Of a DNA stretch of 64,000 nt, positions 41,301-49,350 are shown in pieces (position 1 is the first letter of the stretch; each line of letters begins with the position of its first letter). This DNA is from Candidatus Cloacimonadales bacterium (GTDB lineage Bacteria > Cloacimonadota > Cloacimonadia > Cloacimonadales > JAFGVF01). A model generated the notes under the pieces. The model was not told the DNA's origin. It saw only the letters and a list, made by a program, of their open reading frames with translations, and ran no database searches. Location: contig OY782781.1 in NCBI GenBank assembly GCA_963678315.1, positions 928,001 through 992,000 on the forward strand. The letters are read 5' to 3'. Both the position numbers and the translations under genes were made by a program.

Positions 41301-41757
41301 TTGGAGTGCTAAGAAGATTGAAGAAGCTGCTTTAGATACACTATATGTTGTAAATGATTCTCTTAATGTCATGGCTGATTCACTTGTAGTTAATGTTGTT
41401 TCGGATTCTTTAATTGCACAAACTGATAGTCTGCAAGCAGATGAGACTGAGGACTTAACAGAAGAAGAAAAAACTTATGTAAAGATTTTCAAGAAAGAAT
41501 TTGATTTAACTGGTGAAGTTATTGAAGCAAATCTTTACTTCTTAGCTAAAAACATAGCTGACATTTATTTGAACGGTGAGCAGATTGGTTTTGAAGAATA
41601 CTATTATTGGGATGAAAACGAAGCTCCGTCTGTCTACATAGATCCAGCTCAACTTCTCGAAGGCAAAAATGAATTAATCTTTATTGTATATAGTCCTACT
41701 AAAGATAATGGGTTAGTTGTAGACTTCAAAATCAAAACAATAACTAATAGGAGATAA
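35338..41757 (+). CDS. Giant exported TPR/coiled-coil protein with C-terminal jelly-roll-like domain(s); GltD/E-like by context
   Basis: N-terminal signal/TM; TPR motifs (FEYAQALYNLERY, EALYQRAWHYM); C-terminal SDESW...IW...FKKEF...IYLNGEQIG...LLEGKNELI. Confidence 0.75.
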   Translation: MYNKKKIILVLLAVVSIIFLYSQDNQASDINVDSELQQKKKIEKDRIEKVNQLLNSSQIAEVDSLYKEDERIYFSLIRSGDKQLANFYKDMMNKAYRNVRALQDDLYYLDCFSYILTKKWELAEVKTADFLKQYPQSNVTTNILKFRKKALFELGRYEDYVTLVEASSLATSAGAKFEYAQALYNLERYDAAQQLLEAVVAADDVKYKLRALATMGLISAAKGKYQEAIGIFTVIEQEFPIDTKYMDFVILSQARLHAQIGENTFATEYYRAYNELTQGQDAKVLYELAVLQRKNGNLDKAKAAFEKVLTLNTGKAYYTPAIYNLVLIDQELNNGAQSSNIISSYQTRVDNYFNLVIQNRNLVSEIQSLRNKALAEADTLQLKNLKDKIAEKSIALMENQDQLVAQKGYVSNRDLVLIKRIEEKFITRNSIYVERKELNELIRDFPKDELILKADYNREKAEIFNIAELAEIFLSDIEEPTIQQEDSALYFSEELYNYMVTIAFLEEDLLDNTLSSNEKAQISNLVKTNSDSLVTLKLRGKVELADIPNMEEKLAQFETRAEELIFQEMDKEEKRQIVIDGYYDFKANKENTSLLASVDNYDEKRVNKFKRAFNKYNKQKLNIEEYLQFVSLESEFQKITKSYNDKFAQMQIDTTIVINREQEYAIRENLYNRINRFIYQHEDFENNYKLYFNMAELSAFFDVNNYQLNYNNYKKVLDLKPDFALKDVVIYNLAFNKQALIDREIGRKKEELMKSPNYFTSALPNEVKKTAEKYSEVIKNYSEIVKDKDSTYRVEAVFRLADLYYDLAVDSDDILKYIDKSITLFTIAMKIGDQKQQLEALYQRAWHYMAKSEYDNAMLDLRVLLENKDLYSEDEEYKYTSAYDVAAYSLNQIGMYNDTLRTVSSYMKDKLFPNFDKNDASIIYNKVLNSKKSTDEFLQVIDLYKLYTEVHPLDIVNPTFCDSIVYEYQTHTPEIGGIDSLKAKSRLVYLESVERYGYNSEWYDFNKEDPKIVDYTKSVKKGYEGYIFPELIKLIQENPSQEDISQYNDMIEEYANYQGVTIEERNKFLPLVKENSMALVNTYVASKNDTLAYAWGQNEIYKYLEVNPEDKQRDVLEQNAYSYAAKYRAYVDTVAFDSLQYSPQDVENIKLNTKRNYILAANRYIEYNTKNNITQKDDKIYNILYFRGLAKVDIGDIEGARNDFLKCDSLNISNEDKKNIYTQLALIYKDRDEIDTSNDYFARASRYASLEEKEEYEKAIYSNRKEKVKLLEEKGDQVAAAKELEIMANSSVATEEDKSLIKQAARSKYLEAGDYETAITRLVEEFNKQNEVDGAWEYMGQAIYIADSLKVMDKKIELEDMFISKFPYDLQTFVFKQNRINEVKEEGSTKYNPDLVASRYMELYDLATKDGDKLDIGENKALDFYYFSISYKVKSMSDEDKAEEWLRFIDRFPNYTYTTSTGALVNSIAIQSLVCKLYKDSGNTEKYIENAKKLFEMDPTSILYLQYAAEQIQKVDTDIRKLYRKRDWQPMLAKIEEFNTLSDKFINEGIKADDLTISQLDDAYNGFETDYRNEQKKKALLAEIESNYEEFLTFTDVDFNERVRVSNLTTWNRHLYKGEKRIPTFIELVDSEIAKITDEVSKIAQSELLDPAEKKEAFYKYFYNIFNIEKYASELIKAQVNKYVNLPEGQFKKYQLKLATDPTTTIEEKRQKIFDYQQSIIPYGDQLSSTYFSRSVEDARSIYTKFIDGFSSKYPKSDDIVDYLASLNAYEVQPKEIESLLPDSSWRKDYSAITESTYNDSLRTFAVYGIASMDTLVVENDINCPIAPLFVRYRIITDDVDLMGQNIADFQIFINDNLIQFNEPEYDGFIEDTLATVQYLDRYLINHANINPQSYRPGINKMKIKVLNSKMSSFNVGLQMEVVYNEEELFIYNNSQLVSIVSDESWVVSDSVSALNPGSNLFENAQVSNFEEDYYQIASFSSSVALPIWSAKKIEEAALDTLYVVNDSLNVMADSLVVNVVSDSLIAQTDSLQADETEDLTEEEKTYVKIFKKEFDLTGEVIEANLYFLAKNIADIYLNGEQIGFEEYYYWDENEAPSVYIDPAQLLEGKNELIFIVYSPTKDNGLVVDFKIKTITNRR

Positions 41758-41758
41758 T

Positions 41759-42022
41759 ATGAAAAAGTCAATTTTAATCTTACTTTTATTAACTATCTTA
41801 GCTATTTCATTTCTTAATGCACAGACAACAGACAATGATAATGAAGGAAATACTAATGATGGAAGATATATTGTACAGACATCTGATGATGATATAATTA
41901 GATTTGGATTATTTTTCCCTGACAACGATATTGTTAGAGATAGAACACTTACCAAAGATGAATACATTTTCAAAACATACTTTTTAGATAAATTATTGAA
42001 ATCAAATAGAATTTTATATTAA
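41759..42022 (+). CDS. Small exported protein, GltF/CglF-like by size, position and C-terminus
   Basis: 87 aa, signal peptide, C-terminal FLDKLLKS; lies between the TPR gene and the ExbB-like gene. Confidence 0.5.
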   Translation: MKKSILILLLLTILAISFLNAQTTDNDNEGNTNDGRYIVQTSDDDIIRFGLFFPDNDIVRDRTLTKDEYIFKTYFLDKLLKSNRILY

Positions 42023-42036
42023 TATTAGGAGAAAAC

Positions 42037-42870
42037 ATGAAAAAACAAGCATTTTTAATTTTGTTGTTGGTTTTATTCAGTTTTAGTTTTTTGTTAGCTC
42101 AAACTGATGATGCAAAAGTAGGTAATGATACCGAAGAGGTTGTTGTTGGAACAGAACAAGGCGCTACTGATACTGCTAGTGAAAAAGTTGAAGGACAAGA
42201 TAAAGATGAAACTAGTCCTACAAACCTATTTAGAATTTATGATAATTCTGGTGTTTACGCTCACTTTATTTTAGCTGTATTCTTATTGGCTGTATTCTAT
42301 GGTCTGTATAGATTCTATATTCTATATATCAAAGAAAAATTAGATGTGGAAGCTTTCCATTTGAAACTTAAAGGACTTGTTAAGTCAGGTTCTATCAAAG
42401 AAGCTATTAATGCTGCTACACTTGTTAAAAGAACTACTTTAGGTCAAGTTTACCGCATTGGTTTGTTTGGATACAGAGATGCAAAAGAATCAGGTAAAAC
42501 TGGTGAAAGCTTGAAAGAAGAAGTTCAAAGAGCATTTAATGAAGCTGCTTATCAAACAATTCCTGTTATTGATAGAGGTTTAGGTTGGTTTGACTTGTTA
42601 GCTCAGGTTTCTACTTATCTTGGTCTACTTGGTACAATTATGGGTCTTATTGAAGCTTTCGGTGGCTTAGGTGGCGGAAACTCAGATAGTAATGCTTTGA
42701 CTGACGGTATTCAAAAATCAATGGGAACAACAGCGCTAGGTCTTATTGGTGCTATTATTATTCAATTTATCAAAGGTGCTCTAAGTGCACGTGCAGAAAA
42801 AATAATTAATGAAGTTGATGAAAAAAGCGTTAAAATAATGAACGTTATCAATAACCAAATCCAGGACTAG
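42037..42870 (+). CDS. MotA/TolQ/ExbB proton-channel protein (AglR-like)
   Basis: TYLGLLGTIMGLIEAF and GIQKSMGTTALGL TM motifs. Confidence 0.93.
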   Translation: MKKQAFLILLLVLFSFSFLLAQTDDAKVGNDTEEVVVGTEQGATDTASEKVEGQDKDETSPTNLFRIYDNSGVYAHFILAVFLLAVFYGLYRFYILYIKEKLDVEAFHLKLKGLVKSGSIKEAINAATLVKRTTLGQVYRIGLFGYRDAKESGKTGESLKEEVQRAFNEAAYQTIPVIDRGLGWFDLLAQVSTYLGLLGTIMGLIEAFGGLGGGNSDSNALTDGIQKSMGTTALGLIGAIIIQFIKGALSARAEKIINEVDEKSVKIMNVINNQIQD

Positions 42871-42874
42871 TACT

Positions 42875-43447
42875 ATGAGACGAACTCCTGCTGTTGGAAC
42901 AAAAAAGAAAACATATAGTCCTTCAGAAGGTAGAGCTAGACAAGGTGATCATGGTCATAAAGAAGTTGATTTAGTGCCAATAATGAACCTGTTTGTAACA
43001 ATAATTCCATTATTGCTACAGATGGTTGTTTTGGTAACCATTGCTTATGTTACACTAGATTTAACAACCCCTCAAGCTGGAGGTGGTACTGGCAGTGAAA
43101 GCAATGAAGAAGAGACTCCAAAAGAGATTACTGATCTGGAGCTAGTAATAAACGTTGGTGAAGATAACAAAGAGTTTTACAACTTTGTAAAAAATGGTGA
43201 AATTGATACTGACGTTGCTAATATACCTGTAGAAAATATGGATAAGTTAGCTGATGCATTAAGAAATTATAGAAGTATAATGTTCAATGATCTTTTTAAT
43301 GATAATGATGTTGATAAACATAAAGATAAACAGCTAACAATACAAGTTTTCCCGAAAGATTATGTGGAATTTGGAACATTCGTTAAAACAATGGACTTAT
43401 GTAAGAAATTGAATTTTGGCGATATTATTCTCAAAGAGATTAAATAA
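42875..43447 (+). CDS. ExbD/TolR-family protein with Asn at the canonical TM Asp position
   Basis: DLVPIMNLFVTIIPLLL TM; C-terminal VEFGTFVKTMDLC. Confidence 0.85.
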   Translation: MRRTPAVGTKKKTYSPSEGRARQGDHGHKEVDLVPIMNLFVTIIPLLLQMVVLVTIAYVTLDLTTPQAGGGTGSESNEEETPKEITDLELVINVGEDNKEFYNFVKNGEIDTDVANIPVENMDKLADALRNYRSIMFNDLFNDNDVDKHKDKQLTIQVFPKDYVEFGTFVKTMDLCKKLNFGDIILKEIK

Positions 43448-43459
43448 GGAGTGTGATAA

Positions 43460-44059
43460 ATGAGTGTAACTAGAAGACATAAAGGCTCTGCACAAATGAG
43501 TATCACCTCTTTGATAGATATTCTTACTATTCTATTGTTATTTGTTATGGTTAACGTTTCTTCTGACCCTGATTTTACACCTGATGATGTGGAGCTAGAA
43601 GAATCCATAATTAACGAAGAAATAGATGCAGAAAGCGAAGTGATTACTTTAAATGTAAGTTACACAGGCCTTGACAAAGGAGTTATAACTTACACAAATA
43701 AGGCAACTGGTGAGCCAATTGAGATTATGAGATTGGAAGAAATTAACAATACAAATGATGAAGAGTTTAAAAACTTGTTAAGCTCTAGTGTTATTGCTTT
43801 GGACGAGCAAATATATGCTGTTTTAGGTGATAATAATGAAAAACCAATTGTTGTGAAAATCAAAGCTCATAAGAAAGTTCCTTTCAAATATATAAATGTT
43901 GTAAAAACACTACTATTAGGTGTATGGAATGGTAGTGAAAACAAAGTACCAAACCTTTCTAAGGCTAATAACTTTGTTTTATATTTTGCTACTTCATTTA
44001 TTAAAGCAGAAACAGATCAGTACAGATCCGTTCTTTCTGATTATGGATTAGGAGGTTAG
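43460..44059 (+). CDS. ExbD/TolR-family protein (AglS-like), TM Asp present
   Basis: ITSLIDILTILLLF; IKAHKKVPFKYI. Confidence 0.85.
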   Translation: MSVTRRHKGSAQMSITSLIDILTILLLFVMVNVSSDPDFTPDDVELEESIINEEIDAESEVITLNVSYTGLDKGVITYTNKATGEPIEIMRLEEINNTNDEEFKNLLSSSVIALDEQIYAVLGDNNEKPIVVKIKAHKKVPFKYINVVKTLLLGVWNGSENKVPNLSKANNFVLYFATSFIKAETDQYRSVLSDYGLGG

Positions 44060-44060
44060 A

Positions 44061-45566
44061 ATGCGATCAGATTTATTCTTAATTTATAATTATCGGGGTA
44101 AACAATTTGTTATCGCAAAAGACGATCCTGAAATTCACAGACTGTTTCGCTTAGGAAAGAAGCTTGTAATAGGCTCAGATGCCAAGAACTTATGGCAAAT
44201 TTATGATAATAAGTTCCCAAAGAAGTATGTTTTTGTAGAGAAAGGTCAAGATTCCTATTTTGTAAATCTACAAAAAAATATGTCTATTGTTGTCAGTGAT
44301 GGCAATAAGGAACTAACATTAGAAGAATTAAAATCTAAAGGCTTATTAAAGAATAACAAGCTATATCTTAAAGAAGGATATAGTGGTTCAGTTCATATAA
44401 ATGAAAACACTGAGATTAAATTTAGATTTGTTAGAGGAAGTGTTGCATTAACTGAAGACCAGAAGAGAATGGTAGCTAACTTTACCAAGAGACCTCCATT
44501 AGCCTCTGACCAAAAGATTACAAGAAGTCTTATCTTTATTGTGCTTATACTTGTTATTGCTTTTGCTTCATATATGAACTATGTTTATGAACCAGTGGTA
44601 AAAAAATCTGTTTTTGAACAAACAAGAGATAATCTAAAGCGTGAGATGACAGTTTCTGCTGAAGTTAAAGTTAATACTCCTACTAATGTTGCGACAGTTG
44701 AAAAAACAGGTGGTGAGGGAGAAAAGATTGACGAAACTCCTCAAGAAGTTACACCAACTGATGATCAAACTACTAATGCCAATACTATGAGTAATGCAGA
44801 TGCTTTAGCACTAATTAGTGCTACCCAAGTAGATTTAGTGAATCAAACAATGAGCACACAGAATACTCAAGTTGCGGGAATGCCTTCAGGAGGTGGAGGT
44901 GGTGGAGCAATTAGTGGAAGCCTTATTTCGAGTACAATGAGTGGACTTAAAGGTAACAATAATAGAAAAACCACAATTAACATTGGAAATGTTAGTACTT
45001 CAACAAGTATCGACGATAGAATTAATGCTCTAGCTGCAGGACGTGGTTTGGACACCGGTTTAGCTGCAGTGGGCGCAGGTGGAGAATCTGTTACAACTGT
45101 TGCTGAAGGTCGTGCAACTAATCTAATAGCATCTACAGACATAAATGCTATAAAAGATTATAATGCAAATGTTGGTAAGAATCCAGGTGGTGGTATTGAA
45201 GATACTGGAACTGCAAATGTTGCTGTGTCAGGACTTCCTAAGACAGTTGATCCTAAAGCTATTATTGAAGAACCTACTGTAACAGGTGAAACTGCACAGC
45301 AAAGTAGAGTTAAACAATGGTTCACAGGAACAATGGGACCTCAAATATCTGGTTTATACAATACTTATAAGTTAACTAAGCCGATACGTGGTTACTTAGA
45401 TTTTACATTTAAAATTGTGAAAGGAAAAGTTGTGAAAGTAACTATTACTGGTTCTATTAAAGATAAAAAATTCATTAATGAGTTAAGGAAAATTCTAAAT
45501 AAAAAAACTATCACAGGTTTAGTCGATTATGACAGTAAGCCAATTCGAAAGAACTTTGGTAATTAA
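44061..45566 (+). CDS. GltG/AgmX-PglI-like TonB-type energy transducer (cytoplasmic beta domain, one TM, Gly/Thr-rich linker, TonB-C-like end)
   Basis: KLVIGSD...FPKKYVF...GSVHINENTEIKFRFV; TM SLIFIVLILVIAF; C-terminal YNTYKLTKPIRGYLDFTFKIVKGKVVKV. Confidence 0.65.
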   Translation: MRSDLFLIYNYRGKQFVIAKDDPEIHRLFRLGKKLVIGSDAKNLWQIYDNKFPKKYVFVEKGQDSYFVNLQKNMSIVVSDGNKELTLEELKSKGLLKNNKLYLKEGYSGSVHINENTEIKFRFVRGSVALTEDQKRMVANFTKRPPLASDQKITRSLIFIVLILVIAFASYMNYVYEPVVKKSVFEQTRDNLKREMTVSAEVKVNTPTNVATVEKTGGEGEKIDETPQEVTPTDDQTTNANTMSNADALALISATQVDLVNQTMSTQNTQVAGMPSGGGGGGAISGSLISSTMSGLKGNNNRKTTINIGNVSTSTSIDDRINALAAGRGLDTGLAAVGAGGESVTTVAEGRATNLIASTDINAIKDYNANVGKNPGGGIEDTGTANVAVSGLPKTVDPKAIIEEPTVTGETAQQSRVKQWFTGTMGPQISGLYNTYKLTKPIRGYLDFTFKIVKGKVVKVTITGSIKDKKFINELRKILNKKTITGLVDYDSKPIRKNFGN

Positions 45567-45600
45567 ACTTATTAATCAATAATAACAATATAACTTAACT

Positions 45601-45640
45601 AAGGGGATTTACTCGCAAGAGTAATCCCCTTTCCCTTTTG
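45601..45640 (+). terminator. Rho-independent terminator of the TPR-ExbBD operon
   Basis: AAGGGGATTTACTC-GCAA-GAGTAATCCCCTT followed by pyrimidine/T run. Confidence 0.8.
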
Positions 45641-45695
45641 ATATTTCAAATCTTTTTTCTTGCCAATTATAATTAACTTTTGAATATACAATTCT

Positions 45696-48062
45696 ATGAA
45701 GCATTATATAATTAGTTTAAACATGGAGCTCGATAGAGAGTTCATCTATACTTCTAAAAAGGAATTAACATTAGGTTTACGGTGCATTGTTCCTTTTAGG
45801 AATTCTATACGTACAGGAATTGTTCAAAGTGAAGCAGTATCTGTTGATAATTCAATACAGTATAAAGAGATTTTAGAAGTTGTAGAAGACAAGCCTTTAC
45901 TCACTTTTGATTTGTGGAAATTAAGTTTCTGGATAGCTAATTATTATGCAACAAGTATTGGTAAGGTTTTATTTTCTATGCTACCTAAAGGTCTGTCCTT
46001 AGAAATATTTACTGATATTAGATTGAAAGGAGACCATAAAGAGCTAGGAAATAAGCTAGATTTATATGAGATGCTTAAAGATGAAGAATGGCATGAACTA
46101 AATTATATATTCAATCAGTTAGGAAGTAGGATTAGTTACAAATTAATTGAGGAGCTAGAGAAAGCAGGGATAATTGAAGTAAAAAGGCACTATGACAAGA
46201 AAGTAAAGGTAAAGAAAGCAAATTTTATTTTTGTAGAAGGCAATGATAAAGATGTGAAGTTATCTCCTAAGCAAAAAGAAGCCTTTGAACTTATAAGAAG
46301 CAGTGAAAAGATTCTCGCATTAACAGATATTGCTAAAGCTTTTTCATATTCAATTATTAGAGCCTTGCAGGAAAAGGGCTTAATCAAGATAATTCCCCTT
46401 GAAGTTAGTGATAATATTGATTTACTTCCTACAAGGAAAGAACGCAAAATCGTTACGTTAACAGATGAACAAGCTAGGGTAATCTCCAATATCGAAAAGG
46501 ATTTAGAATCATACAAGGTTCATTTACTTTACGGGATAACTGGTTCAGGTAAAACAGAAGTCTATATTAGGATAATGGAAAAAGTCTTGGCTAATGGTAA
46601 GAATGCCCTTTTGTTAGTCCCTGAAATATCCCTTACTCCTCAAACCGTTGACCGTTTCTACAGTGCTTTCGGAGAGAATATAGCCATTCTACATAGTAAT
46701 CTAACGGATAGAGAGCGTTTCCATGAATGGAAAAGAATCAAAGCTAATGAATGTAGAATAATCATCGGGGCTAGATCTGCTATATTTGCTCCCTTGCAAG
46801 ATATTGGACTTATCATAGTTGATGAAGAGCATGAGGGTTCTTATAAGCAGGAGAATAGTCCACGCTACAATGCTAGAGACTTAGCTGTTATGAGGGGAAA
46901 AATAAATGTATGCCCTGTTATTCTAGGTTCAGCTACTCCTTCCCTGGAATCTTGGTTAAACGCTTTAAATGGACGTTATATCCTCAATAAAATGTTAAAA
47001 CGACCTACAGGAATAACTCTTCCCACAGTTAAAATCATTGACTTGAAGAAAGAAAAGAATGACCTTTTACTATCGGAAGACCTGTTGAAAGCTATAAAGG
47101 ATAAACTAGAAAAGAAAGAACAGGTTATCCTCTTTCAAAATCGAAGAGGATATTCTAATTTTATGCAATGTAAAAGTTGTGGTGAGCTGATTAAATGTCC
47201 GCATTGTGATGTTAGCCTGCATTATCATAGTTATACAGAAGAAGTCATCTGTCATTATTGTGGTTATAAGAAACCTACTCCAAGAAAGTGTCCTTCCTGT
47301 GGAGGATATTCTTTCATGTATGGAGTAGGGGGAACTCAAAAGCTTGAAGAACAGGTTAGATCATGTTTTCCAACTGCTAAAGTTATGAGAATGGACTCTG
47401 ATACCACAAGCAAGAAGAGTTCTTATAATGACATGTTTGAAGCAATGTCGTCTAATTCTGTAGACATACTTCTAGGAACTCAGATGATATCTAAAGGCTT
47501 AGATTTCCCTAATGTGACCCTAGTTGGAGTTATCTTGGCTGATATATCTTTAGGCCTAGCTGATTTTAGAGCATCGGAAAGAACCTTCCAATTGTTAACG
47601 CAAGTGGCTGGACGTTCAGGAAGAGGTGATAAAGTTGGACAAGTTATAATACAGACTTATATGCCTGAGCACTATGCTATAGTTAATTCATCTAATCAAG
47701 ATTTCCTTAAAATGGCTGAAATGGAATTACACATGCGGGAAAGTTTATTTTATCCACCTCATTTTAGATTAGCTCGAATCTTATTCTCTCATCATACAGA
47801 GAAAACTTTATTAGAATCTTTTAATAAAAATAGAGAGTTCTTTCAGCAACTAAGCTCTATTTATTCATTCCAAGAATTAAAAGTATTGGGACCAGCTCCT
47901 GCCCCAATTCCTAGAATTAGTAATAAATTCCGCTATCACTTAATCTTCAAAGGTAAGGATGTAAGTGTTATCTCTTCTGTGATTAAATTCTTCAAATCAA
48001 ATTATAAGGCTAAATCCTCAATTAAAGTTGCTATCGATATTGACCCTATATCTCTCTTATAG
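45696..48062 (+). CDS. priA: Primosomal protein N'
   Basis: GITGSGKTEVY, VDEEHE, LGSATPS, four CxxC pairs, KGLDFP, QVAGRSGR. Confidence 0.98.
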   Translation: MKHYIISLNMELDREFIYTSKKELTLGLRCIVPFRNSIRTGIVQSEAVSVDNSIQYKEILEVVEDKPLLTFDLWKLSFWIANYYATSIGKVLFSMLPKGLSLEIFTDIRLKGDHKELGNKLDLYEMLKDEEWHELNYIFNQLGSRISYKLIEELEKAGIIEVKRHYDKKVKVKKANFIFVEGNDKDVKLSPKQKEAFELIRSSEKILALTDIAKAFSYSIIRALQEKGLIKIIPLEVSDNIDLLPTRKERKIVTLTDEQARVISNIEKDLESYKVHLLYGITGSGKTEVYIRIMEKVLANGKNALLLVPEISLTPQTVDRFYSAFGENIAILHSNLTDRERFHEWKRIKANECRIIIGARSAIFAPLQDIGLIIVDEEHEGSYKQENSPRYNARDLAVMRGKINVCPVILGSATPSLESWLNALNGRYILNKMLKRPTGITLPTVKIIDLKKEKNDLLLSEDLLKAIKDKLEKKEQVILFQNRRGYSNFMQCKSCGELIKCPHCDVSLHYHSYTEEVICHYCGYKKPTPRKCPSCGGYSFMYGVGGTQKLEEQVRSCFPTAKVMRMDSDTTSKKSSYNDMFEAMSSNSVDILLGTQMISKGLDFPNVTLVGVILADISLGLADFRASERTFQLLTQVAGRSGRGDKVGQVIIQTYMPEHYAIVNSSNQDFLKMAEMELHMRESLFYPPHFRLARILFSHHTEKTLLESFNKNREFFQQLSSIYSFQELKVLGPAPAPIPRISNKFRYHLIFKGKDVSVISSVIKFFKSNYKAKSSIKVAIDIDPISLL

Positions 48063-49170
48063 TGACAAATTCTCTAAAGTTATTCCTATCAATGAATTTT
48101 GCTTGAACATTATATGTATCTGTGAAGGTGGAAGGAACTTTTTGTTTTTTTGTTTGCCATTTAAATTCATAACCAGATATTTTACCTGCGCTTTCTTCTA
48201 CAAAATCAACCTCCTGTTGTTGTTTTGTTCTCCAGAAGTAGATGTTTGCAAATGTTTTTTTATAGATGTTTTGTTTTTTGCGTTCGGAAACTAGAAAGTT
48301 CTCCCATAAAGCACCTTTATCAGGTCTTAAATCAATTCCTGTGAAGTTCCCAATAATTGTGTTTCTGATACCATTGTCATAGAAGTAGATCTTCCTACTT
48401 TGTTTAATCTCATTTCTTAGATTTCTACTAAAACTATTTAGCCTAAAAATCACATATCCATCTTCAAGAATTTGGATATACTTTTGGACAGTAGTCTTGT
48501 TGATTCCGACCAATGAAGAAAGCTCATTGTAGTTTACTTCATTACCTACTTGAAAGGCTAGAGCTTGCAATAATTTTTCTAATACTTCAGGTTTCCTGAT
48601 ATCTGAGAATGCTAGAAGGTCTTTATATAGATAACTATTAACTAAATTACTTAAAATTTCTTTTTCATCACCAGTATTATTCAAAACATCTGGGTAAAAT
48701 CCATAGATTAATCTATTATCTAATTGTTGCTCAGATTTAACATATCCAATACTAGTCTCAAATTCTTCCCAAGTTATTGGGTACAGCTGATATTCCCATT
48801 TCCTACCAGTTAAAGGCTCATTTATTTCGTTTGCTAGATTGAAAGCTGAAGAACCACTAACTAGCAATTGTACTCCTTTTAATTGATCAGTAACTATTTT
48901 TAAGGTTAATCCAATATTCTTTATACGTTGAGCTTCATCAATGAATACAATTTTATTAGATGCAATGATTGATTTTATTTTTTCAGTAGATGGATTAGTT
49001 AATAAACTTCTTGTTGTTGGATCATCTCCATCAAGAAAGAGATATTCTTCTTTATCTAAAATTTGTTTTATAAGAGTAGTTTTTCCAACCTGTCTTGCCC
49101 CATTTACTATTATTGCTTTGCCTGAAAATAGTCTTTTTTTTATCTTCTTTTCTAAATAACGTTTGAACAT
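48046..49170 (-). CDS. AAA_14 ATPase with DUF4143 domain
   Basis: GARQVGKTT, FIDEAQ, SGSS, LTGR, KIYFYDNG, EVDFV...EFK. Confidence 0.9.
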   Translation of the reverse strand: MFKRYLEKKIKKRLFSGKAIIVNGARQVGKTTLIKQILDKEEYLFLDGDDPTTRSLLTNPSTEKIKSIIASNKIVFIDEAQRIKNIGLTLKIVTDQLKGVQLLVSGSSAFNLANEINEPLTGRKWEYQLYPITWEEFETSIGYVKSEQQLDNRLIYGFYPDVLNNTGDEKEILSNLVNSYLYKDLLAFSDIRKPEVLEKLLQALAFQVGNEVNYNELSSLVGINKTTVQKYIQILEDGYVIFRLNSFSRNLRNEIKQSRKIYFYDNGIRNTIIGNFTGIDLRPDKGALWENFLVSERKKQNIYKKTFANIYFWRTKQQQEVDFVEESAGKISGYEFKWQTKKQKVPSTFTDTYNVQAKFIDRNNFREFVTIREI

Positions 49171-49256
49171 TTTCCATCTCCAATTTGTTTTAAAATCTTT
49201 TATCTACTGTTATATATAATGTTAACGCTTGATTTGTCAAGATAAAAGTAAATCCT

Positions 49257-49350
49257 AATGACCAAAAGTTATAACTATTGGTCATTATAATGGCTAAAAG
49301 TTATAACTATTGGTCATTATAATAGCGAGAAGTTATAAATAAGGTTCATT
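49257..49350. repeat. Three tandem 30-bp palindromes, 32-bp period
   Basis: AATGACCAAAAGTTATAACTATTGGTCATT at 49257, variant at 49289, degenerate copy at 49321. Confidence 0.85.

Noticed and set aside
42037..44059. Flagellar MotA/MotB stator or classical Tol-Pal operon
   Set aside because: No OmpA-like peptidoglycan-binding domain in the partners, two ExbD-like genes, and no tolB/pal or flagellar genes
49257..49350. Mini-CRISPR
   Set aside because: Only 2 nt between 30-bp palindromes; no spacers
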